NCBI GenBank assembly: GCA_951406725.2
Contig: OX597817.1
Location: forward strand, 86,428,001 to 86,492,000
DNA: 64,000 nucleotides
Reading direction: 5' to 3'
From: Octopus vulgaris
Lineage: Eukaryota
Within the stretch, counting starts at the first letter, position 1. Each line of letters begins with the position of its first letter. Both the position numbers and the translations under genes were made by a program. The notes below the pieces were generated by a model. It made no database searches, was not told the DNA's origin, and worked only from the letters and a program-made list of their open reading frames with translations. Shown here one piece after another: positions 43,277 to 56,265 of this stretch.

Positions 43277-43508
43277 CAGAGTTGGCTAAAATCACCTGAC
43301 AGTAAATCAAAACCATTTAATTCCAAGATTTATTTATGTTTAACAACTGAATGAATTTAATAAAAGCATCTAAATATGAAACATCATGAAAATTGTTCAA
43401 ACTGAAGTCCTTCTTGAGCGACGCATTTTTCCATTCGAGTCAATACAGAATTACAGATAGTGTTGATGGAATTGTGATTTACTGGCTGGTGAGTTCTGGC
43501 CAACCCTG
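43277..43508 (-). mobile_element. Internally deleted Tc1/mariner element (MITE)
   Basis: TA-flanked TIRs CAGAGTTGGCTAAAATCACC / GGTGAGTTCTGGCCAACCCTG; retains transposase C-terminus RMEKCVAQEGLQFEQ. Confidence 0.8.
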
Positions 43509-43805
43509 TATATATTTATATTAAATATTATATATATGTATATATATTTTACACATGGGCGTGTGTTTCTATATATGTGTGTGTGCGCGCGCGTGTGTGT
43601 GTGTGTGTGTGTGTGCATGCATGTATGTATTAAATAGTCGGATGCAAGCTAGCAACCCGAAATTTCGAAGTCCCCGTCATCACACTTCATGTAAATGTAT
43701 AATAGCTCTGTGGTTTACAAAAAGTATTGAGTAATCTTACAGTTTAATGTAAAGTCGTTTATGTTATAACTTGACATAAAAACAAACATTAATATACATA
43801 CATAC

Positions 43806-43859
<54 letters not shown>

Positions 43860-43864
<5 letters not shown>

Positions 43865-44852
43865 AAAAAGGGACAGGCAACAGGTTGCTTGACCGCATAC
43901 CGAAAAAATAGAAATAGCAGTCAAGAATGCTTATTTCTATCAAAGTTGGACTCCGGGCCCGACAAACCCTGTAATTCACATATGCAAAACAGAAGGAATA
44001 GATAACGAAAACGAAGTCTGGTGGTTATCTGTGAACATCATGTTTCTGGATTATAAACATATTGAATATATATTTCATATATATATACTGAACTTTACAG
44101 AAGTTCCTGCCGGTAATCGGCTATATTTACATACCGAATTCTACCAGTAAATAATTGGGGTTTTTTTAAAAGCCTTTATAGAAATTATTTACTCTTATTA
44201 TTATATTACTATTTGGATTTTTCACTCCCTTATGACAACCCAATAGTTCCTAATCCTATGGAACTATTTTTGTAGTGCGCATGGCAAAATTTTGGAGGGA
44301 AGATTTACGAATTCAAACGTCTATGTAGGTTTAGCCTTTGCTCACTTTCTTCAAATATTTTGATGTCGCATGGTCAGAAGGTTTGAGGTACGTAGCATTT
44401 GATAAATCTATGATAAATCTTTTTCAATGGAAAGCTGTGCTGAAGAAGGATGTGAAATATATATGCAATGTATATGAAATATATATCAAAAATATATATG
44501 AAATATATATTCAATATGTTTATAATCCAGAAACATGATGTTCACAGATAACCACCAGACTTCGTTTTCGTTATCTATTCCTTCTGTTTTGCATATGTGA
44601 ATTACAGGGTTTGTCGTGCCCGGAGTCCAACTTTGATAGAAATAAGCATTCTTGACTGCTATTTCTATTTTTTCGGTATGCGGTCAAGCAACCTGTTGCC
44701 TGTCCCTTTTTCTTATATACAATATATATACTGAACTTTACAGAAGTTCCTGCCGGTAATCGGCTATATTTACATACCGAATTCTACCAGTAAATAATTG
44801 GGGTTTTTTTAAAAGCCTTTATAGAAATTATTTACTCTTATTATTATATTAT
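43860..44852 (+). mobile_element. ORF-less PLE-type element: inverted 5' arm, 643 bp monomer, partial tandem repeat
   Basis: 43860-44086 is the reverse complement of ~44492-44716; 44087-44209 is directly repeated at 44730-44852; flanked by (TA)n. Confidence 0.85.
44435..44547 (+). ncRNA. Type I hammerhead ribozyme with long AT-rich helix II
   Basis: CUGUG-CUGAAGA-A-GGAU-(~73 nt)-AUCC-A-GAA-ACAUGAUGU-U-CACAG. Confidence 0.7.
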
Positions 44853-44903
44853 ATATATATATATATATATTAATCAAAATAAAAGCATGATGCCAAGGAT
44901 TCA

Positions 44904-44981
44904 GCGGTACATATGTTTCGGGCCTTTATTAGACGGATTTATAACAATGCATAATGTGTGTCTATGGCCTTCTTCAGCCGC
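44904..44981 (-). ncRNA. Type I hammerhead ribozyme, canonical core
   Basis: GCGG-CUGAAGA-A-GGCC-AUAGAC...GUCUA-AUAAA-GGCC-C-GAA-ACAUAUGU-A-CCGC; palindromic helix III, GUA site. Confidence 0.8.
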
Positions 44982-45464
44982 GCACAATTACTACCTCAAG
45001 GACATGTATTACATCAAAAATTCTACGTTGGGGATGCAAATCCTCTCATTCGCGTACGACATAATGCGGCAACAGCACAAAAATGAAGCGTCGATCTCGT
45101 CCTTCTCTCAATGTAGAATGAGGAAGTTTGGATGTTGAGGTAATATAAATAAATGAATAAATAAATATATACATATATAAATACAGACAGACGTGAAGGA
45201 ACCTGGTAATAAGAGTAAATAGGGATAAAGATGGAGGGGCGAGAATTCAGGACGAAGGATAAAAAAATATAAAAATGTGAAAGATAAAAGAATATAAGTA
45301 TAGAAATATAAAAATATAAAGTATAAAGATATAAAGAGATATAAAAAAGTATAAATGAATATAAAGATATAAAGTTATAAAAAAATATTAAAAATTATCA
45401 GAAATATAAAGGATATAAGAATATAGAAATGTAAAAGAATATAAGGATAAGGGATATAAAGTTG

Positions 45465-45945
45465 GCATAATTAAATCTCAGAATGAGATTGAAACAGTAA
45501 TCGCTCAATAATGTAAAGTATAGAAGCCATCTTATCATGGCTAACCACATTGGGGAGGGGGTTGTTACTGTAGCTTTATAGCCCCAAGAGATCTTCATCT
45601 CTAGCTGGCTCTAAACACAATATCTGTGTCTTTGGAGTATTTGCAAAGGGAGGCCATCCCTTCCTCGCAAGCCTGAGTGATACGCTCGAACTAGATTCGG
45701 GATGGTTGTCCTTCGTCAACGGGCGGTAACCACCAGGTAGCGATGAAAGTGAAGGCTCCTTTGCAAATAGATATAAGTTTTTCTAATGGCGTCTGCCACT
45801 GATGTCGAAAAACGAACAGTAAGCATAATTAAATCTCAGAATGAGATTGAAACAGTAATCGCTCGATAATGTAAAGTATAGAAGCCATCTTATCATGGCT
45901 AACCACATTGGGGAGGGAGTTGTTACTGTAGCTTTATAGCCCCAA
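45465..45945 (-). mobile_element. Retrozyme-like unit: 123 bp direct repeats, 358 bp period, structured core
   Basis: 45465-45587 repeated at 45823-45945; degenerate HHR at 45683-45725 (-). Confidence 0.65.
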
Positions 45946-46317
45946 ATAAAGTTGTTACGGACCAACATGGTGGTCAGGAAAATGACATATTCTGGTTGTA
46001 GAAGCCGTGGGTGTCATAAATCAACCTAGTGTATTGTAAATTAGAGTTGTCTGGTTAAACCGCTTATCTGGTTCCTCGTTACGTGTCAAGTGGTCAGCAT
46101 GTACATACGTACACGCATGGATACATACACACATATACACGCGTACATATACGCACGCATACACAACCACACGCATACAAGCATACGTACGTACTCTCGT
46201 GTAAACATATACAGATATATACCACCTACACCACCAAACGGTATATACAGGTGCTTACAATTATCAAGTACTCACCCTGAATTTCTATATATATATATAT
46301 ATAGATAGATAGATAGG

Positions 46318-46406
<89 letters not shown>

Positions 46407-46639
46407 TTACATATACACATACATATATGCATGTATATGTACATATGTACACACACTCGCACATGCACGCACACACGCACACGCTCCCGCGCACGCACAC
46501 GTTTCCATGCGCAATCGCTTTAGATCTCCGCGTTCTTTCCTTTTTACAGAGAATGACATAATTAATAGACAGGCTCCTCTAACACATAATATTCTAATTA
46601 TTTCTCTCAGTTAACAGGAATAGAACACTCAATGTCGAT

Positions 46640-47340
46640 AGATAGAACCTGTTAAGTATGACATCAAGTCAACATTTTCAAGGTGAATGGGTTTATGGCT
46701 GCATTCCAGAAAGTTGGCCTTTCTTTTAGTGTATTTACCTACGAATATTTTAGGATTGGCCTTTTTACATATTTTGGCCAAGAATGCTTGAGATAATTGC
46801 AATCATCTTTCGCATTTTTATTTTTCATTTTCCAATATTGATTTGCATAAAGTGGGGTACAAATCAATGATGTAATTGAGTGCTTTGGAGAGAAAATGAA
46901 GGAAGAGGCCAACGTTTGATATGTACGTTCGCCATGAGAGAGATCTGTGATGGTGAGATCGAATATTTGGAGCGGTCTCGAGGGGCCTAGTTGCATACTG
47001 CTAATGTCTAGGGGTGGTGTGATCTACGTTGATGTTCTCTTGATATGATCACAGCTAAAGGGCTTTTCTTTTTAGCTGTTGAAGGAGACATGATTGACAT
47101 GGTCGCTCTGGGAGATGTTCCCGAAATCCTTAGGTTACTCTCTCCATGGAATCAGCACAGGTTTTATGTGAGATATTTAATTTGTTTGTGTATGGTATTT
47201 GGGTGGAAAAGATTAAGAAAGAACCATGTAGGATCACTTACCTGTGTAAGAGCAAGTGTTGTTGGTTGTGACATCAACCTGGTCAGTGATGTATAGGAGG
47301 AAGAGTGAGGACTAGGGAACGGAACACTGGGGAATGTACA
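46640..47340 (-). mobile_element. Possible highly decayed LINE 3' region
   Basis: Coding-like composition with only faint RNase H-like remnants; family not established. Confidence 0.25.
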
Positions 47341-48374
47341 ATTATTATTGAGGTAAGACAAATACAGATTGAAGTGATAGGCCAATCAAATAAGAGATTT
47401 CCCGACTCAACAGAAATTTTATAGAACTTTTATTGCTTAAAACACATTATTTTACAATCAGCAATTCTGCTTGTTGTTGTTGTTGTTACAGGGAAGCTAA
47501 TCTGATTGATGACAAGTTAAAAGTAATTTACTTGTATCCTATCCAGGTGGATACCTGTGTTATTTCTCATTAACTTTCTTACATTGGAACCTCATATAAT
47601 AGCCGGTCTTGTGGCCAACGTACGTCTGAAACAACAAATAGATAAATAGAATAAGATGTAATATATATTAAACATTAGGATGGTTATGAGAAGAAATGAT
47701 AAGAGTGAGTTTATGTAGAAGTTGTATAAATTTTGGAGAACAAAGGCTTCAGTCCAGAAAGAAATGAAAAAGATACAATCAGAGGAAGGGGAAGGAGATG
47801 TATATAACATTCATGAGTAAAGTTTTGCCTTTCTATCGAGCAGTTTTTACTTCTAAATTATATTTGTTAATTCAAGTTTGCCAGAATTGTCTACAAGCGA
47901 ATGAATAAAGTGATGAATGGTTTGCGTGTAATGACGTAAGCCCGTGTCCAACCGTTTGATTCTACGCACTGTCACTGGTCATAAGAATACAACCATTCCA
48001 ACCTAATGAACTTAAACACGTAATTATGGATCTTCAACAGAGATATAATGAAATATATTCCGGGAAATAACGTAGACTCACTCACTGTCATTCAATATTG
48101 CTTCTGTTTCAGTACATCGGCAAGGTTTAAAACAGTCCCTGTCCATCCCTTCACTTACCGAGAAACAAGACATACAACAATGGAACTGGTGAGAAATCTA
48201 TAAGTATTTTGCTTTGGTGCAAAAATGAAAACTAAATCATTTTCCTGTGAGAAAAACCCAGAAATGTTATATTCCATTTTGTTTTGGGACAAAAGGATAT
48301 TTCTTGGCGTTTTGCTATTGAAGGTGTTCTATTGTTATGGCAGAGACACAGTAGGAGGTGGGAAGACAGACAGC

Positions 48375-48495
<121 letters not shown>

Positions 48496-49242
48496 TGGTG
48501 ATGAAATATGAAGAGACAACTATGCAAACATTGAAATATATATAACACAAGCAGAACACCTCAATTTTTGTTGAAGAGGAAAGAGATGATTCCCATGGAG
48601 TATTTTATCTACTTATTTTATCAGTCATTGACACCGGAAGGATAGAAAATAAAGTCGACACCGGCTGGATTCGAGCTCAGAACTTAGTAAAGAGCAGCTA
48701 AAAACCGCAAGGAATCTTGGCAGTCGCATACCAATTCTGCCAACCAGCTAAGTTGAAGCAGAAAAAGAAGAAAGAAATGAATAGATTCAGGAAAAGAAGA
48801 GGAGATGGGATCAAAGAGAGCGATAGATTAAGAGGTAGAGAGCTTAAATTGTTAGAGATAGTAAAGGAAGTATGAGAGACAGATAGACAGATACATAGAG
48901 AGAGAGAGGGAAGGAGAAGGAGAGACAAAATATCAGAGACTGAAGCATTGGGAGAGTAGTGTGGCAGTGGTGATGTTGATGGTGGAGGTGGTGGTAGTGG
49001 GTGCTGATGAGTGTATGTTTGGGGGTGTGTGAGTGTGAAGTACCGAAAATAGATGATGTTATCGTGGCATTTGTTGCTGATGTTTATTCCAAGACTTCGC
49101 TTGTTGTTCTTGATGTCTTGTTACTTTACAATTCTCGCAAAACTGCTATTTTACATCGCCTTCATCTTGACGGCACACTTCTGCAAACCACATCAGTCTA
49201 CTTACTTAACTTGCAGTGACAGCTGCTGTCACGTATAACACG

Positions 49243-49298
<56 letters not shown>

Positions 49299-49389
49299 CA
49301 CACACACACATACACACACGCACACACACATTTGTATGTATATGATGTGTGTGTACGCGCGTGTATGAGTGTATATATATGCCTGTATG

Positions 49390-49434
<45 letters not shown>

Positions 49435-49585
49435 TATATATGTATATACATATATATATAGTTTATATTCATACACACATGCACATACATATAGATACAC
49501 ACATACAAATGTGAATATACAAATAGGCATATGCATACATAAAATATATACGTGTATGTATCTATTATGAATATGCTATCTGTTT

Positions 49586-49618
<33 letters not shown>

Positions 49619-49647
49619 GAGTATATATATATATATATATATATGTG

Positions 49648-49681
<34 letters not shown>

Positions 49682-50409
49682 TATATATATACATACATGC
49701 ATATATTCATATACATTTATATACATATATATATATATACATATATATACACACACATATATACTATATATATATGTGTGTGTATGTATATATATACACA
49801 CACACACATATATATATATATACATATATACATATATATGTATATACTATATACGTAAATATTCATATACATTTATATACATATATATATACATTTATAT
49901 ACATATATATACATACACACATCTATATATATGCATGGCCATATTCATACGCATATGCATACACATATACACGCTGCAATGTAAGACTGAGGAGGAGAGA
50001 GGCAGATAGAAAGAGGCAGAAGGAGACAGGGAGAGACAGAGAGAGGCCAAAACAAAACAAAAAATATTGCATACACATTAAATAACAACAATGACTTGAT
50101 TCAATAATGCAAAGCAGTGAAACAAACACTTTTCTAATAAGCAGAAACAACTGAGAGGGCGTCCATCTTTCATAATGAATGTTTCAATGAGGGTTTTCAT
50201 GTTTGCTTTACGAAATTGGTTTGATGTTTTGTATGGGTTTTATTATCTTCTTTCTTATAATTTTATTTATTTTATATGAAGAACTGTCATCTCCATTGAA
50301 ATAAATGGAATCCGGTAAATGGCATTGGGAAGGCACAAAAGAAAGGAAGCAAGGAATATCGAGGAAAATAATGATACCTATACTACTAATGCTACTATAA
50401 CTTCCAAGA

Positions 50410-50765
50410 TTATGATGGTGATGGTGATGGTGGTGGTGCTGTTACTGAGGTTGGTGGTAGTGGTGTTGGTGTTAGTGTGGGGAATGTACTGTTCTTGTTG
50501 CTGTCATTGACGTTGTTACATGGTGGGGGTGTAGGCAATAGATGTACGTGGTGGTGGTGGTGGTGCTGCTGCTGCTGGGGATCTTGGTGGTGGTGGTGGT
50601 GGTGGTGCTGTTGCTGCTGCTACTGCTGGTGATCTTGGCGGTGGTGATGGTGGTGGTGGTGGTGCTGCTGCTGCTGCTGCTGCTGCTGGTGACCTTGGTG
50701 TGGGTGGTGATCGCTGTAGTTACAGTAGTGGTGAAAAAGAAATTAATGATGATGATGATGACAAC

Positions 50766-50822
<57 letters not shown>

Positions 50823-50980
50823 GGTGGTGGTGGTGGTGGTGGTGGTGGTGGTGGTGGTGGTGGTGGTGGTGGTGGTGGTGGTGGTGGTGGTGGTGGTGGT
50901 GACGACGATGGTGATGATGAGGAGGAGGAGGACAAGGACGACGACGATGACGACGTCGAAGGCTATGATGATGATGATGA
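50410..50980. repeat. Compound (GGT)n/(GCT)n/(GAT)n microsatellite
   Basis: Direct reading; explains poly-V/M/G/D ORFs. Confidence 0.95.
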
Positions 50981-51089
50981 TCCCATGTTTCTTAACATCC
51001 CTTTTTTCTCACAACAATACAATAATATAGACATTTTAAAGCGGGAAACATAATTACAATAATAATTACAACGATTATCGTAATGATAA

Positions 51090-51252
51090 TGGTTTCAACT
51101 TTTGGCCAGCAGTTTCGGGAGTGGAAGTAAGTCAATTACATAAACCCCAGTGATCAACAGGTACTTGTTATATCGACCCCAAAATGATGGAAAGTAATGT
51201 CGACCTCGGTGGAATTTGAACTCAGAACGTAAGGATGGACGAAGCACCTCAA

Positions 51253-51289
<37 letters not shown>

Positions 51290-51680
51290 CTCCTGTAGCA
51301 ATTTTCAGTGGCGAGGAGATTTGTCCATTACATCAACCACAGTCCTTAACTGGTACTTTATTTTTATCGATCTCGAAATGATGAAAGCAAAGTCAACCTC
51401 GGAGGGAATTGAGATTAAAGAGCCGAAACAGATAAGGCATTTTACCTGACACTTAAAGGATTTTGCCAATTTACTAATAATAATAATAATAATGGTTTCA
51501 AATTTTACCACAAGGGCAGCAATTTGGTGGGAGGGGATGAGTCGATTACATCGACCCCAGTCTTTAACTGGTACTTATTTTATCTACCCTGAGAAGATGA
51601 AAGGCGAAACCGATACTAAACGACGGAAGAAATGCCCTTAAGCATTTTGTCCAGTGCAGTTACGATTCTGCCAGCTCGCT
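51090..51680 (-). mobile_element. Cluster of three SINE family B fragments
   Basis: Repeated ACTGGTACTT..ATCGACCCC..GAAAGGC..GTCGACCTCGG blocks. Confidence 0.75.
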
Positions 51681-51769
51681 AAACAAATAACGAAAACTAT
51701 GGTGCTAGATAAACATTAATAGCGTTAGTAAGATCGGACAAACAAGTAGAATCAATAACTAAAATGTGA

Positions 51770-51804
<35 letters not shown>

Positions 51805-53244
51805 TGGGGAGAGTCATATTGCCTTACAGTGAGTGTGTGTGCGTGTCTATAAGAGAAGGTGAATATATGTATATATTTCTGTATGAAAATGCATATAAGT
51901 GAAATAATATCTTTCAATAAAAAAATATGGCTGAACTTTAGGAAAAATATCTTTAATGAAAATGCAGACGTCTTAAAACTGTTTATTTGGATTGTGTCAT
52001 AATTTGAATAACATTAAAAAGAAGTGGGGGAAGAAAGCTAATAGTGCTTAGCTATCATATGCAAACAAATTATCTGAGATATTTCAGAGAGTTTTTATGG
52101 TAACTACCCACGTCTAAATTACCATTTTGTTGACCTTGAAACATTGCAAGTAAGGTAATGGAAAATCTACATAAAACAGTCGTGAAGGAAGTATGAATTG
52201 CTTGTCAATATCAACAAGGTAATAAATCTCCGTCTTGTTTAGCCGATGTACATGTTTGTTTGACTATCGTTTCAATTACAATAGTCTCACGTATGTAGTA
52301 CAGTGAGTTAAAAAAATATTCAAACAACTTCAATTTTCCGAGCAGTTAGTGGTCAAAAACTCCTTCAAGGTATTTGAAAATCTAAAAATAGCAAACAAGG
52401 GAGATGTGATTAGAATGTTGCGGGAAAGAATCGCAAGATGGAATCTTTAAGCCGAGCCAACTAGTAGGAGACCTAAGAGTAAACCAAGTACAACATGGTC
52501 GGATAGTATCGATAGTGCCAGTTGGTCTTGCTTGTGAATCCAGCTAGAAAGTATAATGATAGCTGCTTCTGACAGGATCCAATAGTGGAGGTACCTGAGG
52601 ACACGATCTTCTCAGGCACAGAGAACGGAGCAGATAGAAGAGTGGATGAATAGGAAAATCTTCTGAAAAAAATAACTGGATATACAAAGTGTTTCATAAT
52701 GATGGGTCACAGTTTAAAACAAGTAACTATGACCAAAAAAGCACATTTATCAAGTAACGAGCTTGTAAATTACAATTAAAATGTGTTCTATCATATTAAA
52801 GGACTTTGTAAATATAATTGTTCTTGCATAATTTATTTTAGAACAATCCAGAAAATTATGATTACGACCGGTATATAAATGTAATCCCCTTTATTTGAAA
52901 TCAGTTTGAGAAGTGCCAATGCATGAAACTTTCTGCCTTTGAGTCACTCTATAACTTCTGCTGATTATTAATAATGAAAATACATATTTACTCATGTTTT
53001 GGGTTCTTTTTGTTTTCTTGTTAGCATCACGAAATTCATGTTGGTATTTTTGTTGTTGTCCTTCGTGCCCAGAACATCAGCCTTCTAAAATCGTGTCCCT
53101 GTTTATGTGTTGCCAGCTAATGCTGACCTGCAATTGTTTAGATATAGAACATTAACAACGTCACTCTCACCAATTTCAAAAGACCTTCAAAGGACATACA
53201 CACTACTATCCCTTCGTCCAGATTCAGCAAGTAAATAAAAAAGC

Positions 53245-53650
53245 TGCGCAAGAGTGGCTATGTGGTTAAAAATCTTTCTCTCTCTTCATGTCATCACGGG
53301 TTCAGTCCCGCTGTGTGGTACCTTGAGTGAGTCTCTTCTACAAAAGCCCCGACCTGGCCAAAGCCTTGTGAGTAGATTCGGTAGACGGAAATTCAAAGAA
53401 ACATGTTGTATATAGATAAGTGTATGTATGCGCGCGCGTGTGTGTCTGTCTGTCTGTCTGTGTTTGCATCTGTGCTTGTGCTCCGCACCACCACTTGACT
53501 ACCGTAACTTAGCGGTTCGGCAAAAGATTCCAGCCCAATAAGTACCAGGCTTTAAAAAATAAATACTGGGGTTGATTCATTCGACTAAAACTCTCTCAGG
53601 CGGTGCCCCAGCATGGCCGCAATTTACTGACTGAAACAAGTAAAAGACAG
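53245..53650 (+). mobile_element. SINE family A copy
   Basis: Similar to 312-710. Confidence 0.8.
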
Positions 53651-53667
53651 AGACATATATATGACAG

Positions 53668-53773
<106 letters not shown>

Positions 53774-53848
53774 AACTTATAAATAAGGGCAAACGAAAAA
53801 ATTTCTAATGCCAAATATGCCGAAAAATTGGACATATTGTACATTACC

Positions 53849-54080
53849 TATTTCTTTATTACCCACAAGGGGCTAAACATAGAGGGGACAAACAAGGACA
53901 GGCATAGGTATTATGTCGATTACATCGACCCCAGTGCGTAACTGGTACTTAATTTATCAACCCCGAAAGGATGAAAGGCAAAGTCGACCTCGGCGGAATT
54001 TGAACTCACAACGTAACGGCAGACGAAGTACCGCAAAGCATTTCGCCCGGTGTGCTAACGCTTCTGCTAGCTCGCCGCCT
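53849..54080 (-). mobile_element. SINE family B with 15 bp target-site duplication
   Basis: ATATTGTACATTACC (53834-53848) / ATATTGTCCATTACC (54081-54095). Confidence 0.9.
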
Positions 54081-54170
54081 ATATTGTCCATTACCATATA
54101 ATTTTTCACAATACGCACGCTACTCGAAAAAAAAAAAAAAGCCGACAGAAATTTCTAAAAAATTCCATTA

Positions 54171-54239
54171 TTACCATATCGGACCGATTTCAGAGTTAGT
54201 TCGTAAGAACCCTCCCTTCGTCAGTGATAAATGTGGTAA
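54171..54239 (-). ncRNA. Type I hammerhead ribozyme
   Basis: UUACCA..UAUCA-CUGACGA-AGGG-AG-GGUUC/UUAC/GAACU-AA-CUCU-GAA-AUCGGU-C-CGAUA-UGGUAA; GUC site, extended helix I. Confidence 0.8.
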
Positions 54240-54609
54240 AGAAATAAATGAGATACTTACTCATACCCATGGAACAAGCAAAACACTAAGTCATGAGCAC
54301 AATTAAGTACCCCAAATACATCCAAAATAGAAATACTCCAGCCCATTCAAGACACGTGTGATTTGAACTGAGGCTCTCACAGAGTGAGAGAGTCCGGAAG
54401 TGAGCACTTAAATTTATATTTAATGTAGGATAAAACGTTTTCGAGAAAAAATTTTTTATCAATGGCCAGCATATTAAAAATTACCTTTAAAGGTTAAAAT
54501 TATAAACAATTTATAAATAAGGGCAAACGAAAAAATTTCTAATGCCAAATATGCCGAAAATTTGGACATATTGTCCATTACCATATAATTTTTCATATAT
54601 ATATATATG

Positions 54610-54826
54610 GAGTGGGTTCTTTGCGTTTGTGATTATCCACCACCACCGCTTGACAACCAGTGTTCGTTTGTTTACGTCCCCGTACTTAGCGGTTCGGCAA
54701 AGAAGAACCGATAGAATAAGTACCAGGCCTTCAAAAATAGATCCTAGGGTCGATTTGTTCGTTAAAACTGTCCAAAGCGATGCCCTTAGCATGACTGCAG
54801 TCCAATGACTAGAACAAATAAAAAGA
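54610..54826 (+). mobile_element. SINE family A 3' half
   Basis: CACCACCGCTTGACAACC...TTAGCGGTTCGGCAAA. Confidence 0.8.
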
Positions 54827-56079
54827 ATGTTTCAACAAACCAGCTTCTAATCGCCTCCTACCAATAACAGATATCCACGAATTCTTACGTAGAACATTGG
54901 GTAACCACTGACAGTTATTCTAGTCTAGTTAGTTTTAATTATCGCCATTTATACACCTCGCTGTTATTTATTTCCTCCATCCAACATGGCTAACAACCAC
55001 AAAATTAGGTGACTATTTCTGTCCAGTTGTTGCATTGTATAATTACTTAAATATTCACTCGGGTGTTTCAGAAACGACTGAACTTTGGAATTCTAACTGT
55101 GTTTCTATCATTCATTGATCACTGACAAATACTTCTTTTCTGACTTCTTTTATTTTTATTTTATTTATTTATTCATTTATTTATTGATTTGGCGTCATAA
55201 ACTTTCGAGAGAACGTGAAATAATTTATTTTTTTGATAATTGGAACTCGAAGTACATCCCATAAAACTATAGATAATAGCATATTCATATTGGGTTAAAA
55301 AAAATTTTTGAACGGAAAATAATGTGGTTTACCTCCGATGTTTTCTATCGAAAAATGATTTTTAATTCAATATTTACGTGCTATTATTTATAGCTTTATG
55401 TGCCGTACTTCGTGATCCAATCTTCCAAGAAACATTTATTTATTTATTTATTTATTTATCTATTTAATAGAAATTTTGCGCTTTATAGCAATTTATTTGG
55501 ATGTGTTGTTATACAGAAAACAAGTTTAGTTATGTTTCATACGCAAAAGGAGATAGATTGAAATTATGGGTTTTTCTATCTTTCTCGACAACGGGCATCC
55601 AGTTTTTCGACCGACAGAATACATAATGCTGAAATTAAGGTGTAACAGGTTGCATATTCCAGGTACTTGTGCCCTTAATGCAAATTTTCAGGCTGGAAAA
55701 GCGTTACGCAGCAATATAACAAGGGAGAACTTTTGAAATAAAGGTTCAAACTAGAAAATTAAAGAAAAATCGTACCCCGTACTGAACTAGTACCTTATAT
55801 ATCGACTCCGATAAGAATATAACACGAAGTTCACCTTGGCGGGATTCGAACTCAGAGCGCTACTGCGAGACATTATCCCCCTCGGAACAAAACTACAGGT
55901 AATACAAAAAAACGAAATGTAGTGGAAATAGGTTTGTAAATATAGATAGCCATGGATTTTCTTCCAGAATTTGTTTGCTGTAATAGTTAACTATATTAAA
56001 CAAATACTAACCAAATACAATGCTAATGCAATTTCGTTTCTTTCTATTCGTCAATATTTCTTCCAATAGGAAGACAGCG

Positions 56080-56265
56080 AGTAGGCAAAATGTTTAGCGG
56101 CATTTCGTTGGTCTTTATGTTCTGACTTTAAATTCCACCGACATCAACTTTGCCTTTCATTCTCATGAGGTCGATAAAATAAGCTACCATTTGAGTTCTG
56201 GGATCGATGTAATCGACTTATTCCATTCCCCGAAATTGCTGGCCTTATTCCAAAATTTGAAATCA
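56080..56265 (+). mobile_element. SINE family B copy
   Basis: TTAGCGGCATTTCG...CTTTGCCTTTCAT...GTAATCGACTTA. Confidence 0.7.

Noticed and set aside
49217-49233. GTGACAGC-T-GCTGTCAC palindrome (Meis/TGIF-like sites)
   Set aside because: A single 17 bp palindrome is plausible by chance; no conservation data.
50542-51053. Poly-Gly/Asp or poly-Val/Met ORFs
   Set aside because: Trinucleotide microsatellites with no splice or domain support.
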